A stretch of 64,000 nucleotides of DNA from Planctomycetota bacterium (GTDB lineage: Bacteria > Planctomycetota > Phycisphaerae > UBA1845 > Fen-1342), in the NCBI GenBank assembly GCA_040755725.1, contig JBFMAI010000032.1, positions 85,467 through 149,466 of the forward strand. The letters run 5' to 3'. The notes under the pieces were generated by a model that had not been told where the DNA came from, searched no databases, and saw only the letters and a program-made list of their open reading frames with translations. Below, one piece after another: positions 54,817 through 64,000 of the stretch. Numbering within the stretch: the first letter of the stretch is position 1; each line of letters begins with the position of its first letter. Position numbers and translations under genes: made by a program.

Positions 54817-56495
54817 GGTCCAGCGCTGTCCTGATCCTGGGTATGTTGTGGATGGGCACCGTGTGCGTCCAAGCCCAATTGAAACCGGCCCCGGAGGACT
54901 TCGTCCCCCTGCGCGACGCGTACCTGGCCAAGTACCGCCCGCTGTTCCTGGAGGCCCGGCAAGCCGAGTGGGACGCGAGCATCAGCGGGACCGACGCCGA
55001 CTACGCCCGCGTGCGCGCGGTCAACAAGAAGCTCGTCGATCTGCACAGCGACCGCGCCACGTTCACGCGGCTACGGCAGATGAAAGACGCCGGCGGCCTG
55101 GCGGACCGCGTCCTCAACCGCGAACTGGACGTGATGTTCCGCGCGTTCCTGCCCGGGCAGGCCGACCCCGAACTCCGCAAGCGGATCGTCGATCTGGAAG
55201 CCGACGTGGACCAGATCTTCAACACGCACCGCAGCGCCGTCGGCGGCCAGACGCTGACGGAGAACGAGGTGCGGGCAGTCCTCGCCGACACGACCGATTC
55301 CGCCGCCGCCGAGGCCGCGTGGAAGGGCTACATGGAGGTCGGCGGCAAGGCCGCGCCCAAGCTGCTGCAACTGGTCCGGCTGCGCAACGAAATGGCCCGG
55401 CAGCTTGGCTACGAACACTTCTTCAACATGCAAATCGCCCTCCAGGAAATCGACGAGACGGAGCTGTTCCGGCTGTTCGACGAACTCGACCAATTGACGC
55501 GCGAACCATACGCCCGGCTGAAGCAGGACCTCGACGCGGCCCGGGCGGCGCGCTTCCACGTCCCCGTTGCGCAGTTGCGCCCGTGGCACTACGGCGACCT
55601 GTTCTTCCAGGAGGCGCCGCGCGGGCAGGACGTGGACCTCGACGCGCTGTTCGCCAAGGCCGACCTCGTGGCCCTGGCCAAGAAGTACTTCGCCAGCCTG
55701 GACCTGCCGGTCGATGACATCCTCGCCCGCAGCGATCTCCACGAGAAGCCCGGCAAGTCGCCGCACGCCTATTGCACCGACATGGACCGCGCCGGCGACG
55801 TGCGCGTCCTAGCCAACCTCGCTCCGAACGTCTACTGGGCCGACACGATCCTGCACGAGCTGGGTCACGGGGTGTATGACAAGTACATCGCCGACGACGT
55901 GCCGTTCCTGCTGCACGAGGCGTCGCACGCGATCACGACCGAGGGCGTCGCGCTGCTCTTCGGGGCCATGGTCAAGAATGAGGACTGGCAACAGCGGGTG
56001 TTGGGCGTCGCGCCGGCCAAGGCCGCCGAGATCGGCCGCGCCGTGCGGGCCGCGCTGCGGGCCGAGCGGCTGATCTTCGCCCGCTGGTCGCAAGTGATGC
56101 TGCACTTTGAGCACGGGTTGTACCGCGACCCGGACCAGGACCTCGGCCGCCTGTGGTGGGACCTGAAGAAACGCTACCAGCTTCAGAACCCGCCCGACGC
56201 GCTGGATCGTCCGGATTTCGCGGCCAAGACGCACATCCTCAGCACGCCGGTGTACTACCACAACTACCTGATGGGCGAGCTGTTCGCGGCCCAGGTGCGG
56301 GCCTACGTGACTTCGCAAGTCCTCGCCACCGACGGGCCGGCGCACCCGTGTTTCTTTGAGCAGCCCGCCGTCGGCCGCTATCTGCGCCAGCGCGTCTTCG
56401 CCCCGGGCAACCTGTACCCGTGGAACGAACTCATCCGCCGGGCCACCGGCGAGCCGCTGACCGCCCGCTACTTCGCGGCCGACTTGCAGGAGTAG
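54813..56495 (+). CDS. Secreted M2-family (angiotensin-converting-enzyme-like) zinc peptidyl-dipeptidase
   Basis: Signal peptide. HELGHGVYD zinc motif in an ACE-like context (HAYCTDMDRAGDVRVLANLAPNVYWADTILHELGHGVY). Downstream Glu ligand region. ATGA overlap with the VOC gene. Confidence 0.6.
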   Translation: MRSSAVLILGMLWMGTVCVQAQLKPAPEDFVPLRDAYLAKYRPLFLEARQAEWDASISGTDADYARVRAVNKKLVDLHSDRATFTRLRQMKDAGGLADRVLNRELDVMFRAFLPGQADPELRKRIVDLEADVDQIFNTHRSAVGGQTLTENEVRAVLADTTDSAAAEAAWKGYMEVGGKAAPKLLQLVRLRNEMARQLGYEHFFNMQIALQEIDETELFRLFDELDQLTREPYARLKQDLDAARAARFHVPVAQLRPWHYGDLFFQEAPRGQDVDLDALFAKADLVALAKKYFASLDLPVDDILARSDLHEKPGKSPHAYCTDMDRAGDVRVLANLAPNVYWADTILHELGHGVYDKYIADDVPFLLHEASHAITTEGVALLFGAMVKNEDWQQRVLGVAPAKAAEIGRAVRAALRAERLIFARWSQVMLHFEHGLYRDPDQDLGRLWWDLKKRYQLQNPPDALDRPDFAAKTHILSTPVYYHNYLMGELFAAQVRAYVTSQVLATDGPAHPCFFEQPAVGRYLRQRVFAPGNLYPWNELIRRATGEPLTARYFAADLQE

Positions 56496-56527
56496 CGGTC
56501 GGTCCGACTCGGGCGCGAAGCGCCCAT

Positions 56528-56587
56528 CAGTACCCCGCACGCTCGCGCGGCGCCAGACGGACCGCCACTCGCGTGGCGGGTTCTGTT
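56528..56587 (+). repeat. REP/MITE-like element, family A (first hairpin degenerate)
   Basis: Sequence cagtaccccgcacgctcgcgcggcgccagacggaccgccactcgcgtggcgggttctgtt, between convergent genes. Confidence 0.55.
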
Positions 56588-56667
56588 GATGGTCTTGCGC
56601 CCTCAGTTCCCCTACCCCGCCCACCCTCCTCGGCCCTCCCGGCCCCAGCGCCACGCCTGTTGTCCGG

Positions 56668-57606
56668 TCACCAACCGGACAGCGGCACGATGTTGCGATA
56701 CTGATAGTCCGGGTCGCGTGGGTCGTTCCACCACGCCTGGGGATCGCCGGGCGCGTTTCCGGACGCGGTCTTCCACCCCAACCCGCGGCTGCCTTTGGTC
56801 GTATCCGTGTAGGTGTAACTGGCGTGTCCGTCGAGGAACAGGAAGTTGTGCCGATTGGGCTCGCGGTGCCAGCCGCGCCGCGGAACACGGTTCCACTGCG
56901 ATGAGTCAAACGGGTCCTCGAAGAGGATGACGAACTCCGCCGAGTACCGCATCATCTGCATTCGCAGGAACGCGTTGGCCCGTTGCAGCCAGCGGGGCGG
57001 TGAGTCGTTGGTGAAGCAGTCCTTGGCCCAAAACCTCGCGAAGTGGTAGTTGCACGTGTAACTGCTGCCCGTGAAGCGGTAGTTGGAGTCCGAGGTCTCA
57101 TACCCCGCCGCCTGCCGCATCCAGAACCCGCCCGTGTCCGAGGGGCATTCGAACACCGGCACCTTGCGGACGATCTCGAACAGCGGGTCCTCCGGCGGCA
57201 CGTCGTAGTCCGGCAGGTCGGGGTACAGGTACGCATTGAATGGCCGGCCCGCCGGCGTGTCGCGGTACATCGCATAAAAATAGCCCCACCACTCGCCGGC
57301 CAGTTCCGGGTAGCGCCGGCCCGGGTGGCCCCCGTAGTAGAAGCCGTGCATGGCCGCCTGGTTGCGCTTCTCGAACGGGAACCAGTCGGTGGTCTCGTTG
57401 AAGTAGGAGCGCATGGCCAGGCCGATTTGCCGCAGGTTGGACAGGCACTTGGCCTTCTTGCCCTGCTCGCGGGCCCGGGACAGCGCCGGCAGCAGAATGG
57501 CCATCAGCGTGCCGATGATGGCGATGACGACCAGCAGTTCGATGAGCGTGAACCCCCGGCCGCCCCGCCACCCCCCGGCCGAAGCATGGTGGGTCACCGT
57601 GGGCAT
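56668..57606 (-). CDS. DUF1559-family protein with an N-terminal prepilin-type cleavage/methylation (type II secretion pseudopilin-like) motif
   Basis: [51 protein letters not shown]. This is a hallmark Planctomycetota family. Confidence 0.8.
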   Translation of the reverse strand: MPTVTHHASAGGWRGGRGFTLIELLVVIAIIGTLMAILLPALSRAREQGKKAKCLSNLRQIGLAMRSYFNETTDWFPFEKRNQAAMHGFYYGGHPGRRYPELAGEWWGYFYAMYRDTPAGRPFNAYLYPDLPDYDVPPEDPLFEIVRKVPVFECPSDTGGFWMRQAAGYETSDSNYRFTGSSYTCNYHFARFWAKDCFTNDSPPRWLQRANAFLRMQMMRYSAEFVILFEDPFDSSQWNRVPRRGWHREPNRHNFLFLDGHASYTYTDTTKGSRGLGWKTASGNAPGDPQAWWNDPRDPDYQYRNIVPLSGW

Positions 57607-58105
57607 CGCCAACTCGGCACAAGTCGCCGGCGTCATGCCGTCCGCCCGACGGGCAGCGATCCTTGCGGGCCCGTCTCGACAGACGACCGGCCTCCATATC
57701 TATCATACCACACGTCACGTCGATGCACCCGGGCGGCGCGCTGCCCCGAACGCAGTGGGGTCGCCGGGGTCGCCGCCGAAAGTCGGAGCGCGTCCGGCGT
57801 ACGGCGTGCGAGCGTCGGCGGGGCGACAGGCCGCGCAGGGGTGCGGTCCCTGCGCGACGTAGCATCGTTCACGTCTCACGGCCGGTACAGAGCCCGGTCG
57901 CCAGGGGCGACTCGCTGTGGCGAGCCGCTACGCGATGCACGGCCGGTGCGGAGCCCGGCCGCTACACACCGGCGAGACGCCGGCGAGACGCCGGTGCCAC
58001 CCCAAGAACGGGAGCCGTCGGCACCTCCGTTTGAATTGTGCCTTCCTCGTTTTGCGTTCCGCAGTTGGCCCCATGCCCTGCGCACTTTGCCCTCGTCGCG
58101 CCCCG

Positions 58106-59122
58106 CTACGCCGCCGCTTCCGCCGCCGTTGGCACGACCCCGAGGACTTCGTTGAGCACGTAGTCGGTGCTCAGGCCCTCCGCCTCGCCCTCGAAGTTGA
58201 GCAGCAAACGGTGCCGCAAGCTCGGCAGCGAGGCCTTCTTCACGTCGTCGAAGCTCACGTTGTAGCGCCCGTCGAGCATGGCGTAGATCTTGCCCGCCAG
58301 CGTGAGGGCCTGCGCCCCGCGCGGGCTGCTGCCCCAACGAACGTACTTGTTGACGATCTCCGGCGCGAACGCCCCGTTGGGGTGCGTCGCCAGCACCAGT
58401 CGGATCGCGTAATCCTGTACGTGCGGCGCCACGACGATCCGCTTGACGAGCTGCTGACCGGCGATGATCCGCTCGCCGCTGAGCACGGGCCGGATGTCAG
58501 GCGTGAAGCCCGAGGTCGTGCGGTCGAGGATGGTCTTGAGCTCCTGGCGGTCGGAATAGCCGACGACCAGCTTGAAGAAGAACCGGTCGAGCTGTGCCTC
58601 GGGCAGCGGATACGTTCCCTCCTGCTCGATCGGGTTCTGCGTCGCCATCACGAAGAACGGCTCCTTGAGCGTGTACTTGACGCCGCCGGACGTGACCGTG
58701 TGCTCCTGCATCGCTTCGAGCAGGGCGGACTGCGTCTTCGGCGTGGCGCGGTTGATCTCGTCGGCGAGGATCATCTGGGCGAACAGGGGGCCGCGCTGGA
58801 ACTCGAAGTGCCGCCGGCCGGTGGCGGGGTCTTCGGTGATGATGTTGGTACCGATGATGTCGGCGGGCATGAGGTCGGGCGTGAACTGGATGCGTGAGAA
58901 GTCCAGTTGCAGGGCCTGGGCGAGCGTACGGATGAGCAGCGTCTTGCCGAGTCCGGGGACGCCCTCGAGCAGAGCGTGGCCGCCGGCGAACAGGCACACC
59001 AGGACGCCCTCCACCACGTCCTGGTGCCCGACGATCATCTTGCCGATTTCGTCGCGCAGCTTCTTGAACTCGTCGCAGAAACCCGCCACCAGGTGTTCGA
59101 CCGGCACTTCACCCGCCGCCAT
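58106..59122 (-). CDS. MoxR-family AAA+ ATPase
   Basis: GVPGLGKTLLIRTLAQAL (Walker A), ILADEINRATPKTQSALLEAMQE, sensor motifs. Confidence 0.85.
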   Translation of the reverse strand: MAAGEVPVEHLVAGFCDEFKKLRDEIGKMIVGHQDVVEGVLVCLFAGGHALLEGVPGLGKTLLIRTLAQALQLDFSRIQFTPDLMPADIIGTNIITEDPATGRRHFEFQRGPLFAQMILADEINRATPKTQSALLEAMQEHTVTSGGVKYTLKEPFFVMATQNPIEQEGTYPLPEAQLDRFFFKLVVGYSDRQELKTILDRTTSGFTPDIRPVLSGERIIAGQQLVKRIVVAPHVQDYAIRLVLATHPNGAFAPEIVNKYVRWGSSPRGAQALTLAGKIYAMLDGRYNVSFDDVKKASLPSLRHRLLLNFEGEAEGLSTDYVLNEVLGVVPTAAEAAA

Positions 59123-59328
59123 GATCGGTCCTCCACGGCCACATCGTGTCCCCCCGCGCGGCCCGGCGGGGTCCACCAGCGATGCCGCGGAGATTCTACC
59201 GGCTCCGCGGCGGCGTGCTCAGTCGTCAGCGCGGCCGAAAACGGTGCCGGCTCGCGCCGCGCACTCTGAGCACCACCGCCCAACCGCGCGCGGTCACCAG
59301 CTTCGACTTTCGCACTCCCAGCGCCCCT

Positions 59329-59388
59329 CAGAACCCCGCACACCAGTGCGGGGGGAGGCGTCCCGTCACTCGCGTGGCGGGTTGGGTT
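59329..59388 (+). repeat. REP/MITE-like element, family A
   Basis: Sequence cagaaccccgcacaccagtgcggggggaggcgtcccgtcactcgcgtggcgggttgggtt. It overlaps the last codons of the NTPase ORF. Confidence 0.6.
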
Positions 59389-59941
59389 GACAGGTCCCAG
59401 CCTCCGGCGACTCCAACTGCCTGGGCCCAAGGGGGGCGAGGATTCTCGCGACGCCCGTGTCCACTCCGTCGCGGAGATCGAGCCGCCGCTCGGGCGGCAC
59501 GCCCCAGCGGGCGGCGACCTCGGCGGCCAAGTCGGGGCGGACGGCGAACACCGTGCCCCCGGGAAGAGCAGCGAGCGCGTCGAGAGCGGCGGCCCACCCG
59601 CCGCCGGCCAACTCCAACGGCCCCACTTCGTCCACGATGACCAGGTGCGGTGCATCGGCAATCGCCCGGGCCAGCGCCGCCCGCCCGAGTCGCAACCCGC
59701 CGGCGAGAAAGTGGAAGCGGCCCGCGTGTTCAACGCCGGGCCCGCGATGGTCGGCGAGGCGGGTGGTGGCGCCGGTGGCCAGATCAACAACATCGTATCC
59801 GAGACACTGGTCGCCTTCGTGGACCGCCGGCGCCAGGACGCCACCGATCGTCAAGCCCCGGGCGCGCGCCGCCGCGGCCAGGGTCCGGCAGGCCGAGGTC
59901 TTGCCGGCGTGTCGGTCGCCGATGAGCAGGAACAGGCTCAT
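59366..59941 (-). CDS. THEP1/NTPase_1-like P-loop nucleoside-triphosphatase
   Basis: LLIGDRHAGKTS Walker A. HLVIVDEVGPLELAGGGW (Walker B/ELxxxxF region) resembles the Aquifex THEP1 family. Last gene of the ECF transporter operon. Confidence 0.5.
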   Translation of the reverse strand: MSLFLLIGDRHAGKTSACRTLAAAARARGLTIGGVLAPAVHEGDQCLGYDVVDLATGATTRLADHRGPGVEHAGRFHFLAGGLRLGRAALARAIADAPHLVIVDEVGPLELAGGGWAAALDALAALPGGTVFAVRPDLAAEVAARWGVPPERRLDLRDGVDTGVARILAPLGPRQLESPEAGTCQPNPPRE

Positions 59942-59958
59942 GCCGTGGTTCTCCCAAC

Positions 59959-60708
59959 TCACCCGCCGTGGCGGGCCAGCCACTCCGCGGCGGCGATGAA
60001 CATGACCAGCAACGCGGCGGCGACGACATCGCCGAACGTCCGGCGCACCTCACGCCGGAATGTCCGTCGGGGGTGCAGCCCGAACCCGCGCCCCTCCATC
60101 GCCAGGGACAAAGCGTGTGCGGTACGCAAGGCCGACACCAGCAGCGGCAGCAGCCACCGCCGCAGAAGCAACCACCACCGACGGGGCCCGCGCGCGTCGT
60201 ACGGCATACCGCGCACAAGTTGGGCACGATAGACGTGGTGGGCCTCGACGCGAAGCACCGGCACCAGCCGCAGGGCGGTCACCAAGGCGAAGCCCCACCG
60301 AACAGGCAGACCCGCTTTCATCAACGCCTGGGCCAGGGACGACGGATCGGTGGTCTTCACGAACAAGTGGCTTGCAAGAACGACAGCCAGCAGACGGCCG
60401 GTGACCCGCAGGCCGCCCTCCAGCCCCGCCGCCGTGACGGGGCCGAGCACGACGCGACCTTCCCGGATGAAAGCAACGTGGACCGCCACGATCATTACGG
60501 CGAGTGTCAGCCACATGCGCAGACCGGGCAGCCTCCAGGGCGGGACGCTCGCGCACCAGAGCAGGACCATCACCCCGCCTGCCGTCAGCCACGGTACCGT
60601 GGCGCCCGGCGACCTAAAGACCGTCACCGTCAGGCCGATGAGCCAAACGAGCTTCACCAGCGGGTGCAGGCGGTGTACGCCGGATGTGGCGGCGATGTCT
60701 GTCATCCG
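59959..60708 (-). CDS. ecfT: Energy-coupling-factor transporter transmembrane (T) component, EcfT/CbiQ family
   Basis: Polytopic membrane protein. Conserved C-terminal ALSLAMEGRGF region (EcfT coupling-helix ARG motif). Confidence 0.65.
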   Translation of the reverse strand, partial: RMTDIAATSGVHRLHPLVKLVWLIGLTVTVFRSPGATVPWLTAGGVMVLLWCASVPPWRLPGLRMWLTLAVMIVAVHVAFIREGRVVLGPVTAAGLEGGLRVTGRLLAVVLASHLFVKTTDPSSLAQALMKAGLPVRWGFALVTALRLVPVLRVEAHHVYRAQLVRGMPYDARGPRRWWLLLRRWLLPLLVSALRTAHALSLAMEGRGFGLHPRRTFRREVRRTFGDVVAAALLVMFIAAAEWLARHGG

Positions 60709-62210
60709 GCGGCCCCCGTTTCGACATACGCCGCGTGTCCACGCGAGCGCAACAGCGCGAAGGCGTCCGGGACGGGGGCGTCCAGCTCGACGCGGCCCTG
60801 CGTCATGAAGACGACCCGCGTGCAGCCGTGTCGGACCACACGAGGGTCGTGGGTCACGATGAGGCAGGCCCCGCGTGGCCGCGTGGGTGACCCGTTCACG
60901 ATGTCGCCGATGGCCCGCAGCAGAAAGCGGGCATTTTCCCAGTCCTGTCCGGCAAACGGCTCGTCGAGCAGCAGCACCCGCGGCTTGTGGAGCAGCACCG
61001 ATATCAGATTGAGGCGGCGTTTCTGGCCCCAGCTCAGCCGGTGCGGGTGGTCGCCGCGGCGTGCCGCCAACCCGGCCGCGTCCAGCAGCGCCGCAGCCTC
61101 GCGCTCCGCGTCGCCGTCCGGTCGCCCCTGCGTCCGACACGCGAACAGCACCTCGTCCCACACCGTCTCGGCGACGAGTTGGTGGTCGGCGTTCTGGAAG
61201 ACGAGGCCCACCGCGCGGGCCCGCCGCGACACCGCACGCGCTGACACGCTCAAACCGGCGACATGTATCGAGCCGGCCTGCGGCGCGACCAACCCCATCA
61301 GGCCGTGCAGCAGCGTCGTCTTGCCGGAGCCGTTCGGCCCAAGCACCGCGATGACCTCGCCCGCGCGCACTTGCAGCGAGACGTCGTCGAGAATCGGCCG
61401 GCCGTCGGCTCCCACCGTGGCGTGGGCAACGTCCACGAGGAGTTCGCCCGGAGCGTCGGCAAATGCGGGCGTCGACACCTCGCGCGGCGATGGCCCCGTC
61501 AAGCGGAGGAGTAGCGGGGCCGCTGAGTCTCCCGCCGGCTGGTCGAGCACCACGCGGCCCTCGTCGAGGCCGATCAACCGCGGCCGTAGCGGCAGGAGCT
61601 GAGCGAGCTTGTGCTCGATGATGACAACCGTCAGCCCCGTTTCCCGGGCGAGATTGGCCAGCGAACGGAACAACTCGCCCGCCGTCTGCGGGTCGAGGCT
61701 CGCGGTCGGCTCGTCGAGGACGAGCGCCGCCGGCCGGCAGGCCAGCAGCGACGCGACGGCGACGCGCTGCTGCTCGCCGCCGGAAAGGGTGGCAAGGGAA
61801 CGGCCGAGCAGCGCCGCAATGGCCATCTGATCCGCGGCCACGGCGCTGCTCTGGTGGATTTCGTCGGGCGGCCGGCAGCGGTTTTCCAATCCGAATGCCA
61901 ACTCATCCGTTACGTTCAGCGTGGCGAACTGGGCCTGCGGGTTCTGTTGCACCAGGCCGATAAGTTGCGCGAGTTCCGGCAGCGGCGTCGCGGCGACGTC
62001 CCGGCGGTCGATCCGGATCGTGCCGCACGGCTGGCCCCCCTGCCGGCCGATGAGCAGTCCGCACATCGCCAGTGCGAGCGTCGTCTTGCCGGAGCCGCTG
62101 GGGCCGACGACGACCACAAACTCACCCCGCCCAATTTCCAGGGTGACATCGCGCACGGCCGGTGCTGATGCGCCGGCGTATCGCCAACCGAATTGCTCGC
62201 AGCGGATCAT
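60702..62210 (-). CDS. ecfA: Fused duplicated ABC ATPase (EcfA1-EcfA2-like) of an ECF transporter
   Basis: Two Walker A sites (GPSGSGKTT, GPNGSGKTT) and two signature motifs (LSGGEQQRVAVAS, LSWGQKRRLNLIS). ATGA overlap with the upstream S-component stop. Confidence 0.8.
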   Translation of the reverse strand: MIRCEQFGWRYAGASAPAVRDVTLEIGRGEFVVVVGPSGSGKTTLALAMCGLLIGRQGGQPCGTIRIDRRDVAATPLPELAQLIGLVQQNPQAQFATLNVTDELAFGLENRCRPPDEIHQSSAVAADQMAIAALLGRSLATLSGGEQQRVAVASLLACRPAALVLDEPTASLDPQTAGELFRSLANLARETGLTVVIIEHKLAQLLPLRPRLIGLDEGRVVLDQPAGDSAAPLLLRLTGPSPREVSTPAFADAPGELLVDVAHATVGADGRPILDDVSLQVRAGEVIAVLGPNGSGKTTLLHGLMGLVAPQAGSIHVAGLSVSARAVSRRARAVGLVFQNADHQLVAETVWDEVLFACRTQGRPDGDAEREAAALLDAAGLAARRGDHPHRLSWGQKRRLNLISVLLHKPRVLLLDEPFAGQDWENARFLLRAIGDIVNGSPTRPRGACLIVTHDPRVVRHGCTRVVFMTQGRVELDAPVPDAFALLRSRGHAAYVETGAAG

Positions 62211-62779
62211 CCCGTGGTCGCCGACGCGCCCGTCACGCCGGCCCGGCCCAGCGCCCCGATCAGCCACCAACCCAACGCGCCGGCCAGGACGGCGCCGCTG
62301 GCAAACGCGAGCAGCGCCAGCCCGACGAGCACCCACAGCACCGGACCATGTGCCGGCAGGTCGGCGACCAGTCGCAGCACCAGCAGGTTCGCCGCCGCCG
62401 CCGTGCCTCCCGCGAGCGCGTACGTGACGACGTGGTGCCGGCGGGCGAGCAAGAGCCACACGACATCCACGGCGAGGCCCGCCACGCCGCTGTAGAGCAG
62501 GACCAGCAGCCCGTGCGGATTGCCGGACAGCAGTTCCACGGCGCCTTTCAGCAGGCCCGTCAGCGTCGCCGCCCCGGGCTTGCGCACCAGGCCCACCGCC
62601 AGGACCAGCCACAAGACGTGAATGCCAGCCAGCCACTGCAGGCCGCCGAACGTGCCGAGCGTGGCCTGCACGGCCTTGCCGATCAGGCTAACGATGCTGC
62701 CGCCCATGCCGCCGAGGGCGGCGAGCGTCGCCATGACCAGGACGTCGTGGAGTGACCACCGGGGGGACCGCGCACTCAC
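62207..62779 (-). CDS. ECF transporter substrate-specific (S) component, substrate unknown
   Basis: 190 aa, six hydrophobic helices. First gene of an S-A1A2-T operon. Confidence 0.45.
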   Translation of the reverse strand: MSARSPRWSLHDVLVMATLAALGGMGGSIVSLIGKAVQATLGTFGGLQWLAGIHVLWLVLAVGLVRKPGAATLTGLLKGAVELLSGNPHGLLVLLYSGVAGLAVDVVWLLLARRHHVVTYALAGGTAAAANLLVLRLVADLPAHGPVLWVLVGLALLAFASGAVLAGALGWWLIGALGRAGVTGASATTG

Positions 62780-62806
62780 GCTGCCATTCTCCGGGCCGCG
62801 CGCGAC

Positions 62807-63841
62807 TCAACCGCGCCCCAGTACGCCCTGAAACGCGGCGAAATCGCGCAGATCAATGTCGCCATCGTAATCGAAGTCCATCATCAGGCAGTGCCCGACC
62901 GGCAGCACCGACGGCGGCTCGGTCCAGGCCGGCGGATCGCAGCCGGCCGGCAGCAGTTCGCATTGCGCGCCCGTCGCGCACTCCTCAAAGCGCCCGAAAT
63001 CGCCGAAGTCAATAATACCGTTGCTGTTTCCATCTCCACAGATCGCCAGGTCAGGTGTTGCCAGTGTCAGCAGTTGGTAGTAATCCCAACCATCCTGGAG
63101 ATAGGTGTATTGTTCCAGAACGCCTCCGACGGCACAGAAATACTGTCCGACGACCACAAAGGGGTGATATACCGCCGGCTTGGCGTCCGTGTTCATGTAG
63201 TCCGATGCCCAGCAGTCGCCGCCGGCCGCGCGCAGGTTGTAGTTATCGACCGCCTTGCCGAGGTCGCGCTCGGTCACCTCCACGCCGCGGACAATCATGC
63301 GCATCGACTCGAGGTACTCCGCGCGGTGGTCCACCACGTACCAGCCTTCCCCGTAGATCGGGTGGACGCCGTACATGGGGGCCGCGATGGCGGTCACGTC
63401 GATCAGGCGCGCCGGCGGCAAGGGGTGGCCGTGGCTGAGAATCTGGTAGCCGGGGTCGTACGCCGCCTGCCGTTGTAGCGTCGTGGTCCCGCGATACTCC
63501 TCGACCAGCAGGTTCGTGAACGTTATCCAGTCTCCCACCTGGGCGTCGTTGTACATCTGGTATGGGTAGATCCAGTCCTTGACTTGGATCCCGCCCCACC
63601 CATCGGGATATGCGGGGTCCTGCACGACCAGTCGCGGCCGGGTGCCCGCGAACTTCGCCACGACGACCCCACCCGCGCAGTCCACAACTTGACCCGCGTA
63701 CGCGCTGTGGCCTTCGGGATCGGTCGTGTACTGAATCTGGTAAATGGTGAGCGGTTGCGCCGCCGCCGTGGCGCTCAGTCCAACAACCACCAGCGGCCAC
63801 ACTGACCCGCGTAGCGCGCAACGATTATGCCGATCGCCCAT
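62807..63841 (-). CDS. Secreted hypothetical protein with a C-terminal dockerin-like repeat pair
   Basis: Signal peptide WPLVVVGLSATAAAQ. C-terminus CGDGNSNGIIDFGDFGRFEEC and MMDFDYDGDIDLRDFAAFQGVL. Confidence 0.55.
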   Translation of the reverse strand: MGDRHNRCALRGSVWPLVVVGLSATAAAQPLTIYQIQYTTDPEGHSAYAGQVVDCAGGVVVAKFAGTRPRLVVQDPAYPDGWGGIQVKDWIYPYQMYNDAQVGDWITFTNLLVEEYRGTTTLQRQAAYDPGYQILSHGHPLPPARLIDVTAIAAPMYGVHPIYGEGWYVVDHRAEYLESMRMIVRGVEVTERDLGKAVDNYNLRAAGGDCWASDYMNTDAKPAVYHPFVVVGQYFCAVGGVLEQYTYLQDGWDYYQLLTLATPDLAICGDGNSNGIIDFGDFGRFEECATGAQCELLPAGCDPPAWTEPPSVLPVGHCLMMDFDYDGDIDLRDFAAFQGVLGRG

Positions 63842-63880
63842 TCGCCTCTCCTCGCGCGGCCGGTCGCCGCGGCAACGGCT

Positions 63881-64000
63881 TCATCGGCCCATCACGCCGG
63901 GGGCCGGATAGGGGAACCAGTCGGGATCGTTGCGCGGCGGCACTTCCAGATCGCGCGGCCACCACGGCTTCCAGACGCGCGCCTGCCATTGCACGTGACC
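63881..64000 (-). CDS. 3' end of an unidentified gene that continues beyond the window end
   Basis: Open minus-strand frame with high GC3, ending at TGA (complement of 63881-63883): ...PWWPRDLEVPPRNDPDWFPYPAPGVMGR. Confidence 0.3.
   Translation of the reverse strand, partial: GHVQWQARVWKPWWPRDLEVPPRNDPDWFPYPAPGVMGR

Overview
This 64 kb window is very GC-rich (about 70%) and densely coding. It looks like a Planctomycetota-type chromosome: a DUF1559 prepilin-like protein, several PEP-CTERM proteins, dockerin-like C-terminal repeats, Ser/Thr kinases with TPR/beta-propeller modules, and ECF sigma factor/kinase pairing.

Housekeeping content includes clpX, a tig-clpP1-clpP2 cluster, purD, lpxB, a NifU-like protein, YgfZ and CinA. 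Accessory content includes three PEP-CTERM proteins (two are tandem paralogs), a gingipain-like C25 peptidase, a peptide-scavenging cluster (OPT plus POT transporters and an S9 peptidase), and an ECF-type transporter operon with an attached THEP1-like NTPase. Further accessory genes are a MoxR ATPase, an NfeD/flotillin pair, a standalone B12-binding protein, and several secreted proteins of unknown function.

Two tRNA genes are recognisable by eye. One is a roughly 96-nt candidate tRNA-Sec (selC: anticodon UCA, long 9-bp variable arm, 13-bp acceptor/T helix). The other is a 74-nt class-I tRNA on the minus strand with a Lys-like body but anticodon UAA.

A roughly 60-bp REP/MITE-like palindromic element recurs at least nine times between genes (terminal inverted repeats CAGAACCC/GGGTTCTG enclosing two GC hairpins). 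A second 27-35 bp repeat occurs twice. No transposase, integrase, CRISPR array or rRNA was seen.

Many long ORFs in the six-frame track are antisense artefacts of high GC content and were not called.
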